The notes below the pieces were generated by a model. That model did no database searches, had not been told where the DNA came from, and saw only the letters and a list, made by a program, of their open reading frames with translations. A DNA stretch of 64,000 nt. Origin: a virus. Position 1 is the stretch's first letter, and the number at the start of each line of letters is the position of its first letter. Both the position numbers and the translations under genes were made by a program. The stretch is taken from IMG/VR virus record IMGVR_UViG_3300033145_003080, positions 85,038 through 149,037 of that record. One strand, 5' to 3'. Of the stretch, positions 58,034 to 64,000 are shown piece after piece.

Positions 58034-59815
58034 TTATAACTCTAATGCATCAGGCCCTTTCTTAAGCACTCTCGCCCATTGTTCAAGAGTGAGTGACAAG
58101 TCAACCTTTTTATCCAAAGCTTTTAGTACCACCTCATCAATGGTAAACCTTGCCATTACATCTATTACTGTTACAGATAATTTTTGACCTTCTCGGTATT
58201 GTCTCCCTTCCGCCTGGTCTCGCTTGATATATGAGTATGGATTACAAAAAAATACCTGATAGTTAGAGAACTGAATATTATACCCGTGAGCCATTTTCGA
58301 TTGATTACCAATCATAAATCTGTATTGGGGGTCTTTGAATTTTTGAACTTGTTCATATGCATCTTGCTTTAAATAACATGTAAGATATTTATCTTCACCA
58401 AAAGCTTTACCAATCGCCCTTTTTATCAAATTGATCGCATGGACATAATGACTCCATACAATCACCTTTCTGTCAGGCGGAATATTATTCAACACCTGAA
58501 TAAGCAGTCGTATTTTTGGATTCTCTTCCAAAGTGATAATGCTTTTGTCTTTGATTTCTTTTCCATCGGCAGACATAGTTGTTCTTGAATTGATATAAAA
58601 CCCAGAAGCTATCTGCTGTAATTTGGTCGTCAGAACTAAAACGTTCTTGGCGGTGAACGTTTGCTCACATGACATGTCACACTTCCCCTTTTTGTTGCAT
58701 AATTTGCACATGTCTTCAATAATCGCAACGCAATCTTTTTTCATTTGATTATAAAGATTTGCCTGTTGCGGACCCATATCGCATAAAAACTTTTCATGTA
58801 CGATAGGTGGAAGATTTAAACAATCTTCCTTTTTAAATGCCACTGATATGCTACCAATAATTTTTGAAACTATTTCTTCAGCATTCTCATTAGGAATCCA
58901 TATATGGCCGTCAGGATCAACAGAATGCATGTATTGACCACGGAACTCGCCGTATTTAGCATAGGGCACTGTGTCCGGACCAAGAAACCTGAAAGGCATG
59001 TAGAATGACATCAGATTGTTCGATGTCAATGTTGCTGTTAGTATGAATTTATATTTGCAATGTTCAAAGAATTTTACTATCTTTTTAGTTTGTGTTGAAG
59101 TTGGGCTTCCTACCCGATGCGCCTCATCAAGAACAACCATATCAAAATACCCATCAGGTATAACCTTAACCAATGAAAACATCGATTCATAATTTGCTAT
59201 ATAGATATCATAATCAACATTCTTCCCTTTTATCTTATAGGTTTTATTAATGATGTTTGATGATTGGATTCTATTTTTAAGAACCACGCCTTTAAGGTGC
59301 GGAACTTGAATCTCCATTTCTGCCAGAACATTTTTTTTCAAGTCAGACATCGTAATAACGAGTGCTTTTCTGACTTGCCCTTTTTGCATTCTCTTATCAA
59401 TAGCCCATAAATATGGACCGGTTTTACATGTTCCGGTATCGGCGATTATTGATGATACATCTGGATACGTCATCATGTTAAATAGAATCTTTTGATGCTC
59501 CATTGGGTCATATATACCTTGGTAGTCGTATTCGAATTTAATCTCACCGCCGTATTGCGATTTTATTTTAGCTATGATTTCTTTTCGTTTTTTTATATTT
59601 ACTAATATTGAATTAACCAAAAGCTGTGCACCAGGCCCCCAATCAATACCATATTTTTTAAATCGGTATATTTTTGGTCCTGATTTTAAAGGTATAATAA
59701 TTCTATTATACCCTCTCACCTTCCTGCCATTCATTATTCCCTGCAATTTTCCCAATAATACACGGTCATTGCAGCCGACGATAAATTGATTTTGACTATG
59801 GATATCTATTTGCAT
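58034..59815 (-). CDS. SNF2-family helicase
   Basis: PMEHQK, ADTGTCKT, IANYES, VLDEAH, LTAT, KLQQIASGF, HGYNIQ, QAEGRQYREGQ. Confidence 0.9.
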   Translation of the reverse strand: MQIDIHSQNQFIVGCNDRVLLGKLQGIMNGRKVRGYNRIIIPLKSGPKIYRFKKYGIDWGPGAQLLVNSILVNIKKRKEIIAKIKSQYGGEIKFEYDYQGIYDPMEHQKILFNMMTYPDVSSIIADTGTCKTGPYLWAIDKRMQKGQVRKALVITMSDLKKNVLAEMEIQVPHLKGVVLKNRIQSSNIINKTYKIKGKNVDYDIYIANYESMFSLVKVIPDGYFDMVVLDEAHRVGSPTSTQTKKIVKFFEHCKYKFILTATLTSNNLMSFYMPFRFLGPDTVPYAKYGEFRGQYMHSVDPDGHIWIPNENAEEIVSKIIGSISVAFKKEDCLNLPPIVHEKFLCDMGPQQANLYNQMKKDCVAIIEDMCKLCNKKGKCDMSCEQTFTAKNVLVLTTKLQQIASGFYINSRTTMSADGKEIKDKSIITLEENPKIRLLIQVLNNIPPDRKVIVWSHYVHAINLIKRAIGKAFGEDKYLTCYLKQDAYEQVQKFKDPQYRFMIGNQSKMAHGYNIQFSNYQVFFCNPYSYIKRDQAEGRQYREGQKLSVTVIDVMARFTIDEVVLKALDKKVDLSLTLEQWARVLKKGPDALEL

Positions 59816-59816
59816 A

Positions 59817-60311
59817 TTACACCCAGTTGAAAAATCCTGTTTTTATTTTATTATTTTCTACAATAGCAACAAATCGAAGTGTTTTATCATCACTCCATTT
59901 TTTCATATCAATAGTATACCTGAATTCTTTACCTCCACCTTTCGATTCTTCTTCTTTGAAGTTGCCTTTTGATTTAGCGTTTGCAAGCATGGTAATTATA
60001 AATGATTTCATATTTGAGGCTAGTAATAATGAGTCATGCGGATCGTTTGGCTTTATCACATCTCTATAAATAACCGACTTATCCATCGCAAGACGCTCCA
60101 ACCGTTCTGCTATTTGTTTAAAAGCGTGGTCGCTAACATCTACACCATAACTTCCATCACTTTCTTCAGAACAGAGCTCTTCTTTAATTGATTGCAAAGC
60201 CCTTTTTTTATTTGAAATATCCTTTTCCAAATTAGTTAAAGAATCAAGAACCTTTGCAAAATCTAAATATTTATTATCCATCACACTTTCCTCCGAGGCG
60301 TTTTCCCTCAA
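59817..60311 (-). CDS. Hypothetical protein (coiled coil plus a possible RelE/BECR-like domain)
   Basis: VSDHAFKQIAERL...LRFVAIVENNKIKTGF; the true start is probably MDNKYL. Confidence 0.5.
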   Translation of the reverse strand: MRENASEESVMDNKYLDFAKVLDSLTNLEKDISNKKRALQSIKEELCSEESDGSYGVDVSDHAFKQIAERLERLAMDKSVIYRDVIKPNDPHDSLLLASNMKSFIITMLANAKSKGNFKEEESKGGGKEFRYTIDMKKWSDDKTLRFVAIVENNKIKTGFFNWV

Positions 60312-61026
60312 ACACCATTATTCCATATGGGCAACCATCATTAGGCATGGTCAGGACATAATTGTAATCATTAATATCTTTGCTATTATTATTTAAAAAT
60401 TCGATAAATGAATTTACTTTTTTGGTTCTAAGCCCATTTGAAAACTTTCTAAATGAATATAAATCCTTGCCAATTGCTAATCGTTTTTGGGTCGATTTAA
60501 TCATATGCACAAATATAAAACCCAGCCCCAATATACTTTTCAACGTCCTGCCAAATGATACGCTCATACTGACAAGTTTACGTTTTAATTCTCTGTTCAA
60601 ATAGAATTGTGGTATTACAAGCTCTCCACCTTTACTAAAATAAGGAAACTGAGCCATTTCATCGTTACGCATTTTTAAATGCAAATTTGTAGTTTCTATA
60701 TTGAAATTAACAGCTTGAATTCTAAATATTTCATTTTCTTGAGGATATAACCGTTCAACATAGTAACGTATCAGTTTTCCTTTATAGTCAATCAGAAATT
60801 TAGGCAATGTCATTATAGCATATTCTTCACGGACTTTTATTTTATGATAACCTTTTGCAACAGTCATTTCATTTTTAGATGGGCGTTTTGCTATTATACT
60901 AATGGCTCCATTTTTTTCTCTATGAGCATAATAATGAAGAAATTCTATTTTATTGATCTTCATCATATTAAATATTTCTTCATCACGAATAGTAAAATTT
61001 CTTGTTAAAATGTAGGTTTCTTTCAT
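60274..61026 (-). CDS. Hypothetical basic protein
   Basis: 250-aa ORF with AAAGGT RBS. Confidence 0.55.
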   Translation of the reverse strand: MKETYILTRNFTIRDEEIFNMMKINKIEFLHYYAHREKNGAISIIAKRPSKNEMTVAKGYHKIKVREEYAIMTLPKFLIDYKGKLIRYYVERLYPQENEIFRIQAVNFNIETTNLHLKMRNDEMAQFPYFSKGGELVIPQFYLNRELKRKLVSMSVSFGRTLKSILGLGFIFVHMIKSTQKRLAIGKDLYSFRKFSNGLRTKKVNSFIEFLNNNSKDINDYNYVLTMPNDGCPYGIMVFEGKRLGGKCDG

Positions 61027-61056
61027 ATGCTACCTTTAGAATTGTTGAAGCGCCTT

Positions 61057-61182
61057 TTAAAAGACGCTCCAACTAAATTGTTTGAATATTTTGCGTAACA
61101 GTCTGCGAAGCAGATTAAAAACAATTTTTTCGACAATTGAATTAATCATTCTAAATAATATTAATAAAAATGAAAAACGCAT
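61057..61182 (-). CDS. Unannotated 41-aa hydrophobic/cationic amphipathic peptide
   Basis: Manual translation MRFSFLLILFRMINSIVEKIVFNLLRRLLRKIFKQFSWSVF*, preceded by AAAGGAGGAG; fills an otherwise empty 210-bp gap. Confidence 0.55.
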   Translation of the reverse strand: MRFSFLLILFRMINSIVEKIVFNLLRRLLRKIFKQFSWSVF

Positions 61183-61235
61183 AACTCCTCCTTTGAAACA
61201 TCATGTCTCGGGGGAGAGCAATCAGCTTCAAAAGA

Positions 61236-63311
61236 TTATGCGTTTAAAAATCCTTTATCCTTTGCCTCTTTTCTGGTAAATGCATCAAATTTAGTTTTGG
61301 TTTTTACTTTTGAGATATTATTGAGTTCATCATTGCTGAATTCAATATTGTTGTCTTCAACAAGCTCATTAAATTTTATTTCAGTAATGTTGAACTTTTT
61401 AATAATAGTTTCTATTTTAACACCTTTTTCTAGCAGTTTTTTCATAGTGGCAAGTGAAAAGAATTCTCTATTTTGTTCGGTATAGTAATCAAGATATGCA
61501 TGTTTATCGATTTTTATTTCACTTGTACATTCGTTGACAAATGTTTTGCATAATTTTGTAAACCTTGAATTTTCTGCCTTATTGGCCTCAATTCTTTTCC
61601 AGGCTGTTTCACAATCTTCCACATCCTTGATAAGGAATTGGGTTGGATCGTCAATGTTATTCATAAATTGTTTATTAAATAACGGACACTTTCCATCCTC
61701 TGCTAAATAACAAGTATGGCAATATTCATTTCTTTTCGGTTCAAACGCACCATCAGTTTTCAGTATTTCTTTTTCTATCATTTTCATAGAATCGTCAATC
61801 CATTGCTGAGCTGAATCGGCTACTGATTTTACATCAGTTATTTCGTATTCTACACACTTTCCAAATCGTACGTATTCTATACGAACTATTATTTTATTAT
61901 AACTATTTTCTGGAAGCAAATGATGTGTGAGTAATACATATATTTTCATTTGCATATCTTCCTTGAGCTGGGCAACGGTCATCATCTTTCTGGAACTTTT
62001 ATAATCAGTAATGATTACAATATTCGTTAAATAAGACAACACATCGATAATGCCTCTCATAAATGCTTTGTTCGAATAGAAATCAGATAATAAATTCCAA
62101 TCACGATCAAATGCCAATTTTTTTTCAGTGAGCATTATATCACCAGGTATTAATGAAAAATCTTTCTTTTCATAGAACCTATCCATGATGTAACCAATAT
62201 CAATAACAATATTAGCATCAGTACATTTGTTAAATGTGATAGCATTCTTGACAATTCTGTCAAAAGACACCCTATCAGGCATTGATGGTTTTTCATAACT
62301 GTTCCTATCAACAGTTTTATCGATTTCATATATCAATCCAGCAAGTCCTTTTATTCCAGAAAAATATTTATGTATTTCACCCTGATGTTTGTAAAGGTAA
62401 TATCCAAAATCACGAAATACAACATCTCTTTCTGGGATATCATTTTCTTTTGCAATAATTGGACATACTTTTTTATACAATCCAGACTTTACATCGAGGC
62501 CTTTAATGTTAGCATATACAGCAAGTTTAAGCGAAAACGTTTCACGGTAAACCCATTCCCCGCACCATTCAGCCGCTTTATGGCATATTTTTCCTGCGAC
62601 AAGATAATCGACATCAGGCTGTTTTATTTTCATAATATATTGCATATACCATTTAAATGGGCACTGATGAAAAAGATTGATTCTTGAAAAAGAATATGAT
62701 TGAGTTTCCATTAATTCTTTATCAGAGGCTGTTGGGATAATACCCATAGTTATAATTTTTTCATTCATTCGTTTCTTGGCGAACAGCGGGGCTTCTGAAT
62801 CACGAACCCTTTCTTTTTCTTCAATTTCTTTTAGTTTTATAAAAAGCTCGATGCATTTTCTAACATCATATTCGGCCCTGTGGGCGTCTTTGTCATCCCA
62901 TTTAATCCCAAGTCGTTGACATGCGGTTTTCAGCTTATTACCACCTTTATAATGATTCCTGCACATTACCAAGGTGTCTTCAGTTCTTTTTGGATTTATC
63001 TTAAGAAATTTAATATCAAAATTTATAACATTATGCCCAACAACAGTACGTGGTCCAAAAAAGTCTGCAATAATTTCGCGTATCCCATCTTTCAAATAGC
63101 TCTTCTTGTCTTTAACCATATCCCATGTAATGTTGTTTATTTTAGTCACATGTGGGGGTATAGTCCCGCTCATTGGTCTGCATAAAAACGATAAGACCTT
63201 TCCCGTTTCACCTGATAAATTAAATTCTATTGCAGTTACTTCAATAACTTCGTCGTTCTGGTGATTAAGGCCGGTTGTTTCACTATCTACACCTACATAA
63301 TCATATTGCAT
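61236..63311 (-). CDS. DnaQ-like DEDDh exonuclease fused to a Cas4/AddB-like PD-(D/E)xK nuclease
   Basis: VDSETTGL, GHNVINFDIKF, AHRAEYDV (DEDDh); YSFSRINLFHQCPFKW, RGIIDV, ITDYKS, QMKIY, CHTCYLAEDGKCP (RecB-like nuclease with 4 Cys). Start re-called at MQYDYV. Confidence 0.88.
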   Translation of the reverse strand: MQYDYVGVDSETTGLNHQNDEVIEVTAIEFNLSGETGKVLSFLCRPMSGTIPPHVTKINNITWDMVKDKKSYLKDGIREIIADFFGPRTVVGHNVINFDIKFLKINPKRTEDTLVMCRNHYKGGNKLKTACQRLGIKWDDKDAHRAEYDVRKCIELFIKLKEIEEKERVRDSEAPLFAKKRMNEKIITMGIIPTASDKELMETQSYSFSRINLFHQCPFKWYMQYIMKIKQPDVDYLVAGKICHKAAEWCGEWVYRETFSLKLAVYANIKGLDVKSGLYKKVCPIIAKENDIPERDVVFRDFGYYLYKHQGEIHKYFSGIKGLAGLIYEIDKTVDRNSYEKPSMPDRVSFDRIVKNAITFNKCTDANIVIDIGYIMDRFYEKKDFSLIPGDIMLTEKKLAFDRDWNLLSDFYSNKAFMRGIIDVLSYLTNIVIITDYKSSRKMMTVAQLKEDMQMKIYVLLTHHLLPENSYNKIIVRIEYVRFGKCVEYEITDVKSVADSAQQWIDDSMKMIEKEILKTDGAFEPKRNEYCHTCYLAEDGKCPLFNKQFMNNIDDPTQFLIKDVEDCETAWKRIEANKAENSRFTKLCKTFVNECTSEIKIDKHAYLDYYTEQNREFFSLATMKKLLEKGVKIETIIKKFNITEIKFNELVEDNNIEFSNDELNNISKVKTKTKFDAFTRKEAKDKGFLNA

Positions 63312-63777
63312 TAATTTCGTCTGCTCCTTTTTCTTCTTGAATTTCAGGCATTGTGTCAAGTATTGTTTGTAATTTTCTTATTAAAGTTATATAATATTCA
63401 GCATCTTCTATTGACGAAGAAGGGCTGTCTTTCAACAACCTTTCCACACCAGCAAGCATGGCAACATAATCCAATTTTAGTAAATTTGTATTAATAATGG
63501 TTATGTTTTTTCTAACAGAAATGCCGAATCCGGTTTCGATGGCTTTTTCTAATTCTTCAGTTCTTGATTTGTATTTTGCCTTATCTTCACTTAATTCAGT
63601 AACCAATTCAAACAATTTAGAAATTGCTAATGATTTTTGGTCGACACTTTCTGTTAGCTCCGCTACAGTGTGTATATATTGTTTTTTTAAATCTCTGTTT
63701 TGTAAATGTTGAGCAATACAATACACAATACAAATGATTATTATTGCAGTACCGATAATACTTTCAGTGATAATCAA
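63301..63777 (-). CDS. Membrane-anchored coiled-coil hypothetical protein
   Basis: N-terminal TM segment IIGTAIIIICIVYCIA followed by a coiled coil. Confidence 0.6.
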   Translation of the reverse strand: MIITESIIGTAIIIICIVYCIAQHLQNRDLKKQYIHTVAELTESVDQKSLAISKLFELVTELSEDKAKYKSRTEELEKAIETGFGISVRKNITIINTNLLKLDYVAMLAGVERLLKDSPSSSIEDAEYYITLIRKLQTILDTMPEIQEEKGADEINAI

Positions 63778-63847
63778 TTAAAACCTGGTTTAGAAAACTT
63801 GGAAAAGCTTGCAAATTACCCAAATTTTCAAGGAAGCCTTTTTCTTC

Positions 63848-64000
63848 CTAAAAAAAATAAATTAAACCATTAAACCTTTGTAATAATTTGGTTTTATTAT
63901 AGGACACGCAAAAATTATTATCCCATTTAGTTCTCAAAGCAATAGCGCTTTTTTTCAGACTTCTTATCGAACCTATCACAACACCTCTCGTCCTATGAAT
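63848..64000 (-). CDS. C-terminal end of a gene entering from outside the window, possibly IscB-family
   Basis: Manual translation IHRTRGVVIGSIRSLKKSAIALRTKWDNNFCVSYNKTKLLQRFNGLIYFF* resembles IscB C-terminal (TAM-interacting) tails. Confidence 0.4.
   Translation of the reverse strand: MHRTRGVVIGSIRSLKKSAIALRTKWDNNFCVSYNKTKLLQRFNGLIYFF

Noticed and set aside
1-64000. Numerous 60-180-aa antisense or alternate-frame ORFs in the track (e.g. 5720-6265 -, 52212-52691 +, 61082-61279 +)
   Set aside because: They overlap longer motif-bearing genes, lack RBSs and look like shadow ORFs.
1-64000. CRISPR array, tRNA genes, or a diversity-generating retroelement acting on the fibre genes
   Set aside because: No regularly spaced repeats, cloverleafs, reverse transcriptase or adenine-specific TR/VR pair were seen by eye; a computational scan could still find weak cases.

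Overview
AT-rich segment of a large (jumbo-type) tailed phage genome; no tRNA, rRNA or CRISPR array was seen. The + strand (1-47.8 kb) is a virion morphogenesis region: hub-like, gp25-like and baseplate-J-like proteins, fibres, a 3196-aa LamG/DUF2341/beta-helix adhesin and a probable portal. It also carries a phage sigma factor, a SNF2 helicase fused to an ADP-ribosyltransferase-like domain, and IS200/IS605-family RNA-guided nuclease insertions (IsrB and two TnpB). The - strand (49.1-64 kb) carries DNA-metabolism genes (VRR-NUC, DEDDh exonucleases, SNF2, DEDDh-Cas4-like fusion). The main finding is a complete phage-encoded ubiquitin-like conjugation operon at 49.6-55.0 kb: two paralogous E2-like proteins, a JAB/JAMM peptidase, a ThiF/E1 enzyme and a tandem di-Ubl precursor whose two domains both end K-x-K-G-N. 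A second notable signal is the 6039-6124 spacer, a chimera of the start of a downstream gene and a synonymously diverged copy of the sigma-factor 3' end. It marks a duplicated cargo slot whose proteins share an F-x-D-E-L-x-K-x-A leader. All protein calls come from motif recognition by eye, without database searches.
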